Origin: Podarcis vaucheri
Taxonomy: Eukaryota
Reading direction: 5' to 3' (one strand)
NCBI GenBank assembly: GCA_965113315.1
Contig: OZ220365.1
DNA length: 64,000 bases
The notes beneath the pieces are model-generated. The model worked only from the letters and a program-made list of their open reading frames with translations, did no database searches and was not told the DNA's origin. Positions 1-13,547 of this stretch are shown here, one piece after another. How positions within the stretch are numbered: the first letter of the stretch is position 1; each line of letters begins with the position of its first letter. The position numbers and the translations under genes are program-made.

Positions 1-95
1 TTCATGGGGAAGTTGCTCTAGACCCTTGATCATTTCAGGTGCCCTTTCCAGCACCTTTCCCACTTTTTGAGGTGCAGGAACCAGAACGGTACAAA
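1..95 (-). mobile_element. CR1-like LINE fragment
   Basis: Resembles the reverse complement of CR1 ORF2 C-terminal sequence (CCCTTGATCAT..., GAACCAGAAC...). Confidence 0.45.
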
Positions 96-182
96 CTTTT
101 ATTCTCTAATGCTTTTTGCCATCCCATACTATAAAAAGGCCACTCCTGGAACTTCCGACAGCTTCAGGAAGGTTGGGAAGCA

Positions 183-441
183 CGGTATTTTTTGCTCTAC
201 AAGACGCACCAGACCACAAGACGTTCCTAGTTTTTGGAGGAGGTAAACAAGGAAAAAAATATTCTGAATCTCAGAAGCCAGAACAGCAAGAGGGATCGCT
301 GTGCAGTGAAAGCAGCAATCCCTCTTGCTGTTCTGGCTTCTAGGATAGCTGCACAGCCTGCATTCACTCCATAAGACGCACACACATTTCCCCTTACTTT
401 TTAGGAGGGAAAAAGTGAGTCTTATAGAGCAAAAAATACGG
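183..441. mobile_element. Tc1/mariner(pogo)-type MITE, CCGTATTT-TIR family
   Basis: TIR C(C/G)GTATTTTTTGCTCTA...TAGAGCAAAAAATACGG; TA on the right side; homologous to copies at 4738 and 33264. Confidence 0.85.
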
Positions 442-799
442 TAACACTCTTGTAATAATATGTTACTTATATGCTCAGCTTCCCTGAAAACCTCCCCTAC
501 ATACTAAAGGATAAAGTTGGCAAGTTTGCAAGAACTGTAGATAGGGGTCAGGAGGAAGAAGGAAGCACCAGCATTGTTGTGTGTCTCTCATTCTACTTCC
601 CACAAAAGGATTATATAATTCTCCCCAATTCATGCTCTCAAGCTGTGAAAACAGATTCTTCCCATTCTTTGCTTCTTAGGCCCACTTCATGGAGGCTTAC
701 TTTAACAGTATAATGACAAAGTTCACAATCAAATCTAATAGCTGCTCCTACACAGTTCTAAAATACACTTCAAACATTTCTTTTCTTTCAGAAACTTAC

Positions 800-952
800 A
801 GCATCCTCTGTGATATCACTTCTTTTCCCCAGGAGCTTTGTGCTTTTGTCAACAACCAGAAGACCAATGGTTGCTTTTGGTTCCGTCACATTAATCTTGA
901 GAGTGACTTCCTCAGAAGGCCCAGCTCTATTTTTATTCCAATACATATTGAT
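800..952 (-). CDS. CD109: CD109 exon 15 (INMYWNKNRAGPSEEVTLKINVTEP...VVDKSTKLLGKRSDITEDA); gene continues beyond window start
   Basis: 153 nt; matches human IKLYWSKVKAEPSEKVSLRISVTQP...AVDKSV. Confidence 0.95.
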
Positions 953-1938
953 CTGGGGGTGGGGGGAAGCATATTAGTTTACATTATGCAGTAGATAAAG
1001 GAGAATGAACAATTATTTTACTTCAGGTGCTGACTCCTAAATATATATTTTTAAAGAAATGTACCCATGGGAGGGAAGTTTGGGTTACAGCCACAGTGCT
1101 GGAGAGAGAGTGTGAATCCCCTCATTAAAAAACAAAAACAGAACATGGTGTTATCTCCAGTCATGGATCTCTTGATAACCTATCTATTTTGGCCCAAAGA
1201 GGCAGGAGCAATCCTTAGAAGACAGAGAAAGAAGAATGAAGCAAGGTTAAAGGTGGGGAAAGGCCAGAAGAAAAAATAAGTCAAAGTAGCAGATAGAGGA
1301 AACACAACGCAGGATTGAAGAGATAAACAGCACATGACCTAAAAGGGACTGGAGATAGAAAGCTGAGGAGGGGGGCAGGTAAGCAAACTGGGCCAAACAT
1401 CTTCCATTTTTATATCAAACAACTGTAGCAAAGTAAAAATAATCTTTATTTATTTAAATTATTTTAATGTAACTCTGATTTTTAATGCTACTGTTTAACC
1501 ATATATGCCACCCAGAGACTATGCTTATAGGATGGCTTTTAAATTAAATGCAAATATGTAAATAAATGTATGCAGTGTGTAGAATGCATACTCTTTTGCA
1601 CAACATGGACATAAGGCCATGCACTGTGAAGCTGTTTGCACTAGCAGCCAATACATTTAATCCTAAGCATCCTTTGCAGGTAAGTACAGCAAGGTCTATA
1701 AATGGGTTCTAATACAGGAAACCTAGTTTAAAATCTGAAAGATGTTAATGAGCAATTAAGCCGACCAACTAGTGAAACAGTTTGTAAACTATGACTCTAT
1801 GCTAATGCCTGTCAGTACGTGGGCTTCAGTTATATACTATGTTTATTTGACTTTATTTATGCTTCCCTTTTTGTGTATAGTCTCAAAACAAAACAGAACA
1901 CCATTTGTGTGAGAGGAAGTCTATGCACACAAACTTAC

Positions 1939-2115
1939 CTGATTTTTAAAGACGAGTTGAACAGGAATGCAGAGATCATCACTAATTACTTCACCATCAT
2001 CACTCACATAGTAGGCAATTATGCATGCTGTAGGAGCCCAAGAATGCTCTGGTGTTAAAAAGAATTCTGCAACGTTTACTTTACCCGCAGCCACAATTTG
2101 TTCTTTAGATACCAC
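1939..2115 (-). CDS. CD109: CD109 exon 14 (VVSKEQIVAAGK...PVQLVFKNQ)
   Basis: 177 nt; matches human VVSRGQLVAVGK...DDGEIISDVLKIPVQLVFKNK. Confidence 0.97.
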
Positions 2116-3185
2116 CTATATGAGGAGGGGGGAAAGTTAATTGATCTTCCTGTCAGCTGAGTTCCAGCTGAAATTGTAACACATCTCACAATTCAACATC
2201 TGTTATTTATAAAAGCAGCTAAAGTATTGTTGCACGCCAGCCTAATCTCCATGCGGTGCGAGATTCCAAGGGTTCCAGGAGCGCTTATCCAAGGTCTGTG
2301 TTTCCTTTTGGAAATGAGGCACAGTGGAGACTTTCTGTGGTTTCTTTATGGTATATAGTTTATTTACACATATATACAACCTAAGTCTATGACAGAGGAG
2401 TTTGCAGCATAGCCACCCCAAGAGCCTTCTTCCATAGCCACAGTCTTGGATCCAGACAGACATAAAACATGGTGCTCTCAAAACATTGCTCTGCTTCCTG
2501 CTTTACTTCCAGGTCACATAACTCCTAGCTCTAACCCCTCTAAGATCTGGCATTACCAGTTGAGGGAAAGGGGACCCACTGTCTTACTGTCTCACACCAA
2601 GTTCCTCTGATGCTTTGTTATCTTAATGGCCCATTACCCATCCTATTAACTTAACGCAGGAAGCTTAGCTTAGCTTAGCTTAACTCGCTTTCAACACTTG
2701 TTGATTCAAGGGGATTAGAAGCGTTTGGCATACAACCTAAAACACACAGGTCTGACACCCAGTTTTAACACCTTCAAGCCTTAATTAAATTCTAACACCC
2801 ACTGGATCTGGGGATAATAGAGGTCTAGCACCCACAAACTCATAACAGTATAATAACAACTATACAGGTGTCACGTGAATAGTTCTGGCCCCACAGGCAT
2901 AAATGCCTAATAAAAAAATCCATTTTTGTATGCCACACATTGCAGCAAACACAGGTATACCAGCACATTTACATTCAGTGGGAAAGCTACAACCAGTCTC
3001 ACCTCTCTGATTAGCATACCCAAATGATACAAGGACGTACAATTGGCATTTTTAAACACTTGCTCATAGTCCTATCTGGAAATTATAATTTTTGAGTAGC
3101 AAAATCCTCCTTATTGCCTATGCTGTCTTTCCCGTGTTTATGGTAAAATTCAACACAATAAATATAAAATAATTTTTTAAAATAC

Positions 3186-3248
3186 CATATAACTGATCTC
3201 TTTCATCGGCTTGTTGCTTTGAAGATTCAGCTCAAAAGGAGTTCCAAC
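3186..3248 (-). CDS. CD109: CD109 exon 13 (VGTPFELNLQSNKPMKEISYM)
   Basis: 63 nt; matches human VGSPFELVVSGNKRLKELSYM. Confidence 0.95.
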
Positions 3249-3354
3249 CTAGGGGAAAAAATACAACTTGAATGAACATGCTAATTCCCTATCATGATGT
3301 AGTGTATTATTAGTGAATTTTGAAACTCATCGATTATTGAAAAGCAGAAGTTAC

Positions 3355-3456
3355 CTTTACGTCCTGACTTGCTTTTTTAATCTGGAGAAAAGTCATGGTG
3401 GTAGAGTAGAATGTACCATATATGATTATAGAAGTTTCGCTCTCTAGAAATTTGGC
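3355..3456 (-). CDS. CD109: CD109 exon 12 (AKFLESETSIIIYGTFYSTTMTFLQIKKASQDVK)
   Basis: 102 nt, phase 0/0; similar to human AYFLGSKSS...TYIQLKTRDENIK. Confidence 0.92.
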
Positions 3457-4179
3457 CTGTAAAAAAAAAAGGAACGGGTGGGGGGACATTCAACACATTG
3501 TGAGGAAATGTGTTCAATTAATGTTTCACAAATTGTATAATTAGTGCCTCTCCTAATTGAAGAAACATACATAAATAAATGAAGATATCAATCTGCCTTT
3601 AATGGTTAGAATGAAAGAAAAAGAAAAAGCTGCACTCCATCAGAATGCAAAAAGAAGGTAGAGATGGAAAATCCAATAGTTCCTGAAGCAATTTTCTTAA
3701 ATTATCATTTAAATTAGTCTCAAGATAGCATCACAGAACTTTTGATTTTCTTTTTCCACTCAGAAGACGTTTCTGTGCCCAGAGATGAAACATAGCAAAC
3801 ACCCGTGATGAAACAGACAAACGCTCTCTTTCTCCATTGCCAGCTAAATTGGACTGATGCAGTAGAACATCCTGCATCTGCTTAGTCAGTCTACTCTACT
3901 GTCCTAGCCATGGATAGACTGAAGAGTGGCTCCATACTGTCAGAGGAAGAATCTTCTATCTATATCCAGTAAGGAAGCCAATCAGGCTGGCAAAGAAGAA
4001 CAGAGCATCTACTTTGTCAGCTCAATGTTTTGCAAAATGGGTCAGGCTATTTGAGGAGGAACAAAAAGATGAAGGGACGCAGCTAGGAAAAGTACTAGGA
4101 GAGAATTCAGAGGCCTGACAGGCCAAATTAGGCCCCTCCCTAGGTTAGATGATTTCTAACAAGTTGTGGTGAAGCTTCT

Positions 4180-4373
4180 GCTTTAATTTTTCACTAAACC
4201 ACAGTTTCTCATCCCATATGAATTTGAGGAACTGTTGTTTATCTTAACTCTAGGTAGTTAACAACCCAGGATATCAAGCCAAGGTTTCATCCTGGTTTGC
4301 TTTAACTAACTAGAGGTAGAATAATTCCCAGAATTTTGTGATGAGAAATAATAGTTTAGCAAAAACTGAAAGC
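4180..4373. repeat. Degenerate ~190-bp palindrome (old MITE-like)
   Basis: Nested inverted matches: TTTCTCATC/GATGAGAAA, CTCTAG..TAGTTAA/TTAACTA..CTAGAG, CCAGGAT/ATCCTGG. Confidence 0.65.
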
Positions 4374-4737
4374 GAAAAATTTCACTCTCTTCCTCTTATT
4401 CACATATGAGTGGAGAAGAAGCTTAACTATAGTTCATAATAGTTGCCTGAACCACTGGTGGGCACACCTACTATGAAGTCTAAAAGGATAAATTAATACA
4501 CTTGAAATGAATGTCCTCCTGCATCCTGCAGGGTTTGGCCTTTGTGAGTAGAGGTCAATGAGGCAACCTCTCCAGTGAACTGAGGTGTTGGCAGTGCAAC
4601 CAAAAGGTGAACCCTTTGGACCAGAAGTGACAATGTGGGGAGAGCACACTGAGGATGCAGCACTGCTCATCCCAACAGATGATAAAGGCAGGGTAAGAGA
4701 TGCATCAGGGATAGGTCCTGGCATATCAAAATAAATA

Positions 4738-4995
4738 CTGTATTTTTTGCTCTAGAAGACTCACTTTTTCCCTCCTAAAAAGTAAGGGGAAATGTGTGTG
4801 CGTCTTATGGAGCGAATGCAGGCTGCACAGCTATCCCAGAAGCCAGAACAGCAAGAGGGATTGCTGCTTTCACTGCGCAGCAATCCCTCTTGCTGTCCTG
4901 GCTTCTGAGATTCAGAATATTTTTTTCTTGTTTTCCTCCTCCAAAAACTAGGTGTGTCTTGTGGTCTGGTGCATCTTATAGAGCAAAAAATACAG
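4738..4995. mobile_element. Same CCGTATTT-TIR MITE family
   Basis: TIRs plus TA TSD; opposite orientation to the 183 copy. Confidence 0.85.
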
Positions 4996-5347
4996 TAGCT
5001 AAAATAGAGAATAATAATAAATATGCTCAGTTTTCACAAAAAGCCTAGCAGAATAGGTATGTTTTAACTGACTCCCTAAAAATTTCAAGAGGGTAAGCCT
5101 GGAAGAACTCCCCTGGCATGGAGTTTCATAGTACTGATATCACATCTATCTGTCAGATTCGCCACCTTTAATAGGAAAATAATAACATAGGCCTACTAGG
5201 CAGGGCTGTTGTATGGGATATTGAGATGCATCTGAAGCACTTTGAATACTCAGGTAGGCATAAGAACAAGTTTCCATACTAAGATTCTTTTCATCTTCTG
5301 ATTAAGTATTTACATATTTTGACGGGGGAAACACAGAAAAAGCATAC

Positions 5348-5575
5348 CTTAACATGCAGTGTTGTTGTATTAACTTGAACTGGAAACTCAATCTCAATAA
5401 TCCCATTTTCTGGCACGTGGTAGATTAGGTTCTGAGATGCCTCATTTGCCTGTGATTCACCCCCATCACCATATGGGTAGTAAGCAGGATTCCCTATGGA
5501 TGTGGCAGTGATCACAATGTCATTCCTTCGCTCATCAGACGACAGCAGACTGTTGTCAATTTTTGTTACTTTCAG
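5348..5575 (-). CDS. CD109: CD109 exon 11 (LKVTKIDNSLLSSDERRNDIVIT...IEFPVQVNTTTLHVK)
   Basis: Matches human VKVTRADGNQLTLEERRNNVVIT; 228 nt; GT-AG. Confidence 0.95.
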
Positions 5576-5878
5576 CTGAAAATAGTAAAAGGCATGTCCA
5601 TAAATCAAACCCAAACTTTCAAAATCATGATTTACAACAACTAAGATTTATACTCAAATCCTAAATATGGAATGCCAACAGTGCATTTAGTGCTGACAGC
5701 TTGCAACCACCAATAACTAATAGACCAAGAGACTCAAAATAAATTGTATTTAATTTCTTTAAAAGACTGTATCAATATATACAGTATTTTTAAAAACCCA
5801 ACTCTTGTCTCCGTAATACTGCTTTTGCCTTTTTTCTAGAATGATACTGATAATATAAAGAGTAGTAGAATAACTCAC

Positions 5879-5988
5879 CGTAGCTATGAAGTTCAGATTA
5901 GGCTTGAGAACTGCTGGATACTCAGAAAATTCTAATATGTAGTCATGATGCTTTGGAAATACAGTAGCACTTGCATTTTGGGAGATTC
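5879..5988 (-). CDS. CD109: CD109 exon 10 (ISQNASATVFPKHHDYILEFSEYPAVLKPNLNFIAT)
   Basis: Matches human HDYIIEFFDYTTVLKPSLNFTAT; 110 nt. Confidence 0.95.
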
Positions 5989-6300
5989 CTGTTAGAATAT
6001 TTGGAGGGTTTAAAAAAAAAAGTCACATGCATAATCATTCCTTCCTAATAACACTTGCAGAGTCCGTATTTCTCGTGATTCCAACTACTAACAGTTTATA
6101 CTGCTGTGAAAGGCAGCTCCTTTCTCAGCATGTAGCAAGGATTTGCAGGGAGCTGGATATGCAGGGGAAAGTCTCCTCCTACAAGGCAAAAAAGGGGAAG
6201 GGGGCATGCCCTAGGGAGTGACGAGGACTTGATTATGAGCCTCAAAGGCCAAAGGTACCCCATACCTGCCTTAAAGAAAACCCCATATAAAACTGCATAC

Positions 6301-6430
6301 CTGTAAGTGCTTCTGTAACCACAGCTGTAATTTCCACCGGCATCTGGTGATGCGCAGAATAACCCCAATTGTTGTAAGTTATATTTTCCACCTCTAGAAT
6401 GTCGAACGTAAAGTTCACAGATCCATTAAT
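6301..6430 (-). CDS. CD109: CD109 exon 9 (INGSVNFTFD...VEITAVVTEALTG)
   Basis: Matches human INGSANFSF...VEILTTVTESVTG; 130 nt. Confidence 0.95.
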
Positions 6431-7075
6431 CTGAAAACAACAAGAAGAAGAAAAACTAATCAATTTGTTTTATCTTCTGAAAGGAATAAGCAGGCATGGG
6501 GGAGAGAGAACCAGACCATATTTGTATCACTGCATTTCCCTTAAGGGTTAAGGTAGCATTAGCAGAGCACAATTTGGAAATGGAAATGATAAGTAAAACA
6601 AAATATTGTCAAAACATGAACCTGCGGTGGATCTTGGAAACATCAGAAGTTGGGCTGATAGTGAGCCTAAGCAGCACGAACCACCTGCGAAAGGAGGGAA
6701 CTGCAGGCAGATCAACCATACCAGTCACTACTGCCTTCTTACTCCAACAAGCAAGAGTAGGCCATGTGACATGTCCTGACCCCATGAATGTTTCTGGCTC
6801 AGGAGATCTGCTATTACTGCTTACAGATTACCTGCACATTACTCTAACTTTGTCTTTAGCTGACAACTCTAGGGGAGCTGGAACCGGGACATCTCTACAT
6901 GACACACTGCTTTCTTCAGTGGGGGACTACTATGTAATGCCCACTGCACAGATCATTAGAGAATTGCTTAATCATTTCGATGACAGAGTGATAAGCATAA
7001 GCCACAGGGTAGCATAGGTAGGCAGCTGGGTAAAAAAAAGCTAAGGCACTGGATTGCAATTTTAAAGCTTTATTA

Positions 7076-7359
7076 CAGTGGTGCCCCGCAAGACGAATGC
7101 CTCGCAAGACGAAAAACCCGCTAGACGAAAGGGTTTTCCATTTTTCGATGCGCTTCGCAAGACGAATTTCCCTATGGGCTTGCTTCGCAAGACAAAAACG
7201 TCTTGCAAGTCTTGCGCTTTTTTTCGCTCCCCCCCTTTTTCTAAGCCGCTAAACCGCTAATAGCGCTAATCCGCTAATAGGGTTGCTTCACAAGACGAAA
7301 AAACTGCTAGATGAAGAGACTCGCGGAACGGATTATTTTCGTCTTCCGAGGCACCACTG
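7076..7359. mobile_element. Tc1/mariner-type MITE (CAGTGGTGCC TIR; internal GCAAGACGAA repeats)
   Basis: TA TSD and TIRs; homologous to 27560-27974. Confidence 0.85.
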
Positions 7360-7448
7360 TATTTCCACAAAGAAATCATTGAGGTGGCTGAAGAAGTGTT
7401 ATCCGCCCGCCCAACATAAACACATGTCAGGTGCTAACTGCAGCTCAC

Positions 7449-7539
7449 CTCAAATGTCTTAGTGATATTTTTCTTCCTTCCATAGAACTGGGAACAATCA
7501 ACAGTTACTTTTCCCTGCACAGGCTTTCCATATGTGTAC
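7449..7539 (-). CDS. CD109: CD109 exon 8 (YTYGKPVQGKVTVDCSQFYGRKKNITKTFE)
   Basis: YTYGKPV motif; 91 nt; GT-AG; phase consistent. Confidence 0.96.
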
Positions 7540-8260
7540 CTGAAACAGTCAACAAAAAACCCATCATTTCAAAACAAGTTTCTGAAGACAGGTTGAATCA
7601 ATCTCATAAGCCTACAAGTATCCACTTGAATCTGATCATACATACCATGCATGTAATTTTAAATCTGGGGATCATACCCTTTTTGGATCTAGGCATACTG
7701 CAAATCACACCGAATCAGTGAAATTATTGCCCATCACTAATAAAATGCATCTTTTACTTTATTAACGACAGTAAGTACAAGTATCCCTACTATACATACA
7801 GAGACAGAGTGGACATAAGCAACACCTCAGGTTATCTGGAAATTTATTGGAATTTTAACTCGTATGAAATTCACCAGCCATAACAGTGCCACACAAGTGT
7901 TCCTGCAGTTAACACCTTCTTTCTTGAAGCGTCTGCCCTAATAACTTTCTTCAAGTTCACTTGTGGGGTCAATGACATTCTTTAATTGTCATGTTCTGGG
8001 AGCAGGGCTTAAATTACCAGTTTTCTCTTTATAGCCACAGTAATTTCTCATTTTAAAATTATTATTATTAGTTTTGTATTTTAAAATTGTACTCAGAAAA
8101 ATATACTTTTAAAAAATAATGATCAACTGTTATGTCTGCAAAGAAGGAATCAATAATTGAGTTAAATCCCACCTTTGCAAGGTTAGGAACTAGCTAAGGA
8201 CTAACATGGGTGTACAATGCATATAGACCTCAAATGATGTAAGATTCACTTTTTACCTAC

Positions 8261-8345
8261 TTTGCTGTGACAGTACCAGTGAAATTCATGTCTTTCTGAG
8301 AATAAAACAGAGGTGTTGCTAGAAAGACTTCAAACTTTGGTAGCA
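8261..8345 (-). CDS. CD109: CD109 exon 7 (VLPKFEVFLATPLFYSQKDMNFTGTVTAK)
   Basis: EYVLPKFEV TEP motif spans the exon 6/7 junction; 85 nt. Confidence 0.96.
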
Positions 8346-9247
8346 CTAAAAAAGAAGAAGCTATAATTAATTTGATGGCCATAGCTATGTTTTTCAATAC
8401 ATGTTTCAGTAATGTGGTTTTCTCAGTATAATGCAAACAATGTATTTATGTACCTCATCTACACTGAAATCACATATCACTTCAGTTCTATACCATGTTA
8501 ATTGTTATGGCTTCCCCCAAAGTACTTTTAATTTGGTGAGGGTGCTGAAGATTCCCTCAAAATGTACAATCCTCCAAACCAGGAGTGGGAAATCTAAGAA
8601 ACATGGGAAATACTGAGCCACAAAATATGCCCACCCCCACAAAAAAGTCTGGTCTTAAATCAGCTGAAGTTATTGGTTCACACGAGTCATCGGATGGAAG
8701 CAGATGGGAGAGGTCTTTAAAACAAGTGGGCTTACAGGCACTGAACCTCTTCCTCTCCTGAATATTACTTCATCTCAATCCATTGCTCCATACTCTTTAT
8801 TCTCAGCTCACTTCTAGTAATAGAGGTGTAAGGGAGAAACTGTTTGGAGCAAAAGACTGCAGAATCTTAATGTACAGGATAGGAAAGTGTTCAGCACTTC
8901 TTTCCTGCACACTGCTTTTACTGTTAGACACACACATCCTCAGCTACGTATGTGAATGGGGCAGACATGTGAAATACATCCCCATGGCATCAAAAAAATA
9001 TAAAGCATCTTTAGAATAACAAATGAAGTTGAATACTCTGTTCCATGTGGGCAAATATAGGAGGTAAAAGGCTCTCATAATCCAAGTCTCGTGGGCTTCT
9101 GCGATTTGAAGGCTTTTCAATATTATGACTTTTTTAATGTAACGTTCATAATTCTACTGTTGCTACCTTTAACTTTTTGAACCCCTTCTGTCTTCCAAAA
9201 AAAAAAACAACTGCATCCAAGTTTACATGCAAGCAGGAATCACTTAC

Positions 9248-9287
9248 CATATTCCATCACTGTAAATGTCTGATAATGTGTCTGATC
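9248..9287 (-). CDS. CD109: CD109 exon 6 (DQTHYQTFTVMEY)
   Basis: 40 nt; matches human DQTYYQSFQVSEY; GT-AG. Confidence 0.95.
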
Positions 9288-10899
9288 CTATAGAAAAACA
9301 AAATTAATTCTATGAAAGGTATGCGTAACTTGTATGATGTATTGTATCTAAGATAGGACTTTTCCCAAATTAATTCTAGCAAGCAAGCAAATGAATAAAT
9401 AAGGTACATGCTGAACTGCCATTTTCCCAAAGACAACTTTACAATACTTAAATGTACTGTGGCACCTTAAATACTGTTACACACCACCCCAATCTACACA
9501 GTAGTTTCCTATACTTGCACAGCTATTTAATCATTGTTTAAAGAGCATCACACACAATAATGCACACTGCATAATCACACATCTCCACAAGCACATCAGG
9601 AAGTAGGGCAGTGATCAAAAGGGCTGTTCTATATAGTTTCTCAGCACAGCTTCCGAGAGTGTCTGTGGAAAAGCTGAGTCGTTTCCATAGAAACTAACAA
9701 GGCTAAACAGTAACAGGGAGCCAGGCTGGACAGTTTTAAATTCATTCTGCTAGCAAGCACGAACTCAAGAGTTGTAAATAATATCAAATCAACACATTTT
9801 TCTACCCTACTGCATTCCGAGGGGTGAGTGGGGATCACAGCAGAGAGTCAATATGCTCTCAAACAACTTGATTTCTCCTTTCAACTTACACCACTACTAA
9901 GGCCAAATCAGAAAATGAATAATTAAATAATAAAGAAATCTTTAAATAGACTCATTGTTCTTTGGGACCAAGAGCTCAGGTGAAAAGGCAGCAACTAGCC
10001 AACACTAGCCAGCACACCATCTCAAAGTGAAAACTTGCTCTCTCACAAACTGAACTCTCTTACACAACTCAAAAGTTACAACTTCCTCATACAACAACTC
10101 TCATAAGAGAGCCCAATGGTCCATCTGGTCCAGAATCCTGTTCTCAAAGAGGCCAACCAGATACCTGCAAGTAGGACCTGAACCATAACACTGTTTACAG
10201 CGGATAACAGAACATCCCTGTGCTTGTCAATTTGTCCCAAAGTCTACACAAATTCTTTCAAGGCCAACTTCTAATGTACAACATTTCTGTGCTTCCCTTT
10301 TCTTCTGATTTCCACTTCCTCAATCTGCATAGCCCTCCAAAGCAGTTAATATTGAATGCTTCATTCTCATTTGCTTCTTGGCTCATTTCCAGTCACAATT
10401 AATGGTGTCCCAATTTGCTCTCTGTGACTGCATGTGATTGCACTTTCCTCTATTATGTTGCTCAAGTGTCTAAACCAACTCAAGAACTACTAAAAACTGT
10501 CTTTGAACTTCTTTTTTAGAATTTCAGCTTTTAAGAAAATATACTGTACAAATGTTTTGGTAATGAGTTATTAAAAGCTGTATCACATGATTTCTATATA
10601 TCTTTTGAACTGAATGCTGAAGTAATGGAGCACCATAGAATGCCTTCGCCACATCATACTTTTTGCACAGTAATCAGTATCTGAAGACTCAGATCTTTCT
10701 CAGTTGCTGAGCTCATCCAATTTAGACAGTATACATTTCAATTAAACTGCACAACTGTAGACAGATTTAATCTCTAGCAACGATGAACTAACTCCAGTAT
10801 GCAACCTAGCCCCATGAAAATCAATGGGAATTTAATTATTGATTTCACTCAGAGATACATTACATCCCTGTTAAAACAATTCATTATGTTAATACTCAC

Positions 10900-11025
10900 T
10901 TTTACTTGAACTTTTATGGACCAGTCACCCAGGACAGGATATTTGGATATTTTAAACTGCTTGGCAATTTTGCCTAGTTTTCCATTCTGCGACAACCACT
11001 GTTGAATCAAATTGTGTCGAGGATC
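10900..11025 (-). CDS. CD109: CD109 exon 5 (DPRHNLIQQWLSQ...LGDWSIKVQVK)
   Basis: Matches human DPKSNLIQQWLSQ...LGDWSIQVQV; 126 nt; GT-AG. Confidence 0.96.
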
Positions 11026-11428
11026 CTATTTTTTAAAAAAATGTCAAAAGCATGTGTTTAGTAACACTCAGAAGAGAACAGTGGGGAAGGAGAGGGGAAA
11101 TACCATCGTTAATTCTGACAAGCTAAAGTACTTGCCCTGATAGCGCAGTGTTGAATTCCACCCAATAAAAATTAAAAATCATACAGCTTCTAGCACAGCA
11201 CATTACAATTGCTACTACAGGCAGAAAAATCATTAACTTGTTTGCCAAGACTGTTAGCAATTTCCAGGTGACCCATGGGGGAGAAGTTTGGGAACCACTG
11301 ATTTATTCAAAATTAAATCCCTTGCCATTATGTATAAGAATAGTCTTAGTGAAAATACACTGCAAATTGCATAACCATACTCTGAAAGAAAACCCTGCTT
11401 CACCAAATAATGTCAAGTTTATACTTAC

Positions 11429-11659
11429 ATGAATATATATATTCATAGGAGCATTGTACGGCTTGAGGTCAGGATACAGAGTAACAACCCGTATTTTCAC
11501 ATCTTGGCCTGGTTTATACATAGTCTTGTCAGTTTGGATGAATACCGATAAGCTCTTGTGCTCAAATTCAAGGACAGTGTGGTTAGAAAATAGCAGACGA
11601 CCTTCTGAATATCCTTTGACTAGTAAATCATAATCACCCGGAGTACTGCCCAAGGGGAG
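11429..11659 (-). CDS. CD109: CD109 exon 4 (LPLGSTPGDY...SVFIQTDKTMYKPGQDVKIRVV...MNIYIH)
   Basis: A2M/TEP MG2 motif FIQTDKxxYKPGQ; 231 nt; GT-AG. Confidence 0.97.
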
Positions 11660-13518
11660 CTGGGGGTAAAAAACATGATTGCTTTATTTATTTCTAAAAC
11701 AAATACTGGACACACAGAACAGTAAAACAATGAATAATTAGAACTCACAAAACTAAAAAAATTGAAGCTGCAATCCTATGCAACTTACCTAAGAGAAAAC
11801 CCTACTAAAGATATCCAAGTAAATACGAGTAAGATTATGACATAAAATCTACAAATAAGTTACAATGACACTCCCTAAAAGTGTTCTGTCACCTAAATTT
11901 TCATTTATTCTTTCATACTATAATCCCATTTATATGTTCACCCACAGCTCCAAAAACCATGGTTTATGTAGCTATGAATGAATAATGTGGAAGTTCACTC
12001 CTGCCTCATCCCTTTGTTTGCTTGTTGCATGCCAGCTTCAGTGTAAAGATTGTGACTTGCATTAAGCCAAAGTTCCCCATTACAGCTTAACAAGACCATC
12101 TCTACCATTAAGCAGATTGTGGCAGCTGACTGAGGCAGCAGATGTTGGAGGCTGTGACGTGTGGGAGGACAGAGCTATGCATCCTGTACCCCCTAAGTTA
12201 GCCTACTGTAGCAACTATCCCCTCACCAGTGCTAAAAGAAGATTCAGCTGCCATAGATTCGGCTGGCTTCTCTATGTGGAATGGAAAGGTGCCATCTTGT
12301 TCTTTGCTTCAAGCAGTGAAATGTATTGTGCTGGCTAAATGGGACCAGGTTTACTGTCAATCAGTGTTCGAAACTCCCATTGTTCTTGGAGCCTTTTGCA
12401 ACAGGGAATTTCATTAGCGTGCGCAGTTTCTGAGCTCTGGGCGCAGTACTGCACCAAAGATTTCAGATTAAAACTGCAGAGTGGAAGGAAAGGACGACCT
12501 TTTTCTGCCTCCCTACTTCCAGCTCCTCTTTGAAGACTGGAGAAGAGACCCTCTTAAGAATATTGGGGGGGGGGTGCAAGGGAAGGACTAGACCATGTGA
12601 AAAGTGAACATAATATTTTAGCTGCAGTCCATTCATTTTCAGCTTTGTATTCTAGTTATTAAAAAAGTGTACCTAGACATTCAGTTGTTGTGCCCATAAC
12701 CTAGGTTTAAGGTGCCATTTAGATCCCACTTTTCATATCTCAGCATCTAACACTGCTGTCAATATGAGATCCTGGATCATTATCCTGGTTTCTGAGCCTG
12801 CACTATCAGGCAGACAACAATCTGTCCTCTGGCAGAACAGAATCAGGCTGCAGAAGAAAATGGTTCCCCTAGGACATTTGATCTAAATTCCCAACCATGA
12901 TTTGTGTTCTGGAAAGTCTTATTCTCTGAGTTAGTCTGCAAGCACGTTTCAGAGATACATGGCACAAGCAAGCACAGACATGCTTCTAAGGCAGAAGCAG
13001 CAGCCATGCTTACAATTTACAAGAAAAGGGATTGTGCAGAAGAAGAATCATGATTCATCCGCTCCTGTTCATTGGCTCTTAATTATTTTGAGGCAAGTGC
13101 TACATGACAATGTGGTTTGCACCTAAAAATGCATGTTGATATAAATCTGTTTTAAAATCTTATCTACTATTTATGAATTTTAATACTTTTACACCCTCTT
13201 TGTTAGCAAACAAAACCTAGAAGGAATGCTAATCCCGCATTCTTGTTTGTTTCAATTACATCTAGACATGCCAGGAACACTAGTTTCAATGTCTGTTTTA
13301 ACATCATTGTCAGATGATGTTTCCTAAAACAAGATATGAAACGCCTGCATTTCAGTGTATATGATTCACTTGTCAGAAGGAAGCTCTTTGCTCACTAATA
13401 GTGAACTTACACTATATACAAGATTAAAATGAAATAAAGGTAAGTAAATGAAAGAGGCAGCATCCATTCAGGAAATATTTCACATGGAACTCTAGTACTT
13501 GGAGGAAATAATACTTAC

Positions 13519-13547
13519 AGCTGGAAGGACAAGTGTACCAACCGAAT
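13519..13547 (-). CDS. CD109: CD109 exon 3, 29-nt micro-exon (DSVGTLVLPA)
   Basis: cag acceptor, gtaagt donor; phase 1 to 0 bridges exons 2 and 4; matches human GSFKTLTLPS. Confidence 0.9.

Noticed and set aside
6496-7017. 173-aa + strand ORF in CD109 intron 8
   Set aside because: No recognisable domain; probably chance or a decayed repeat
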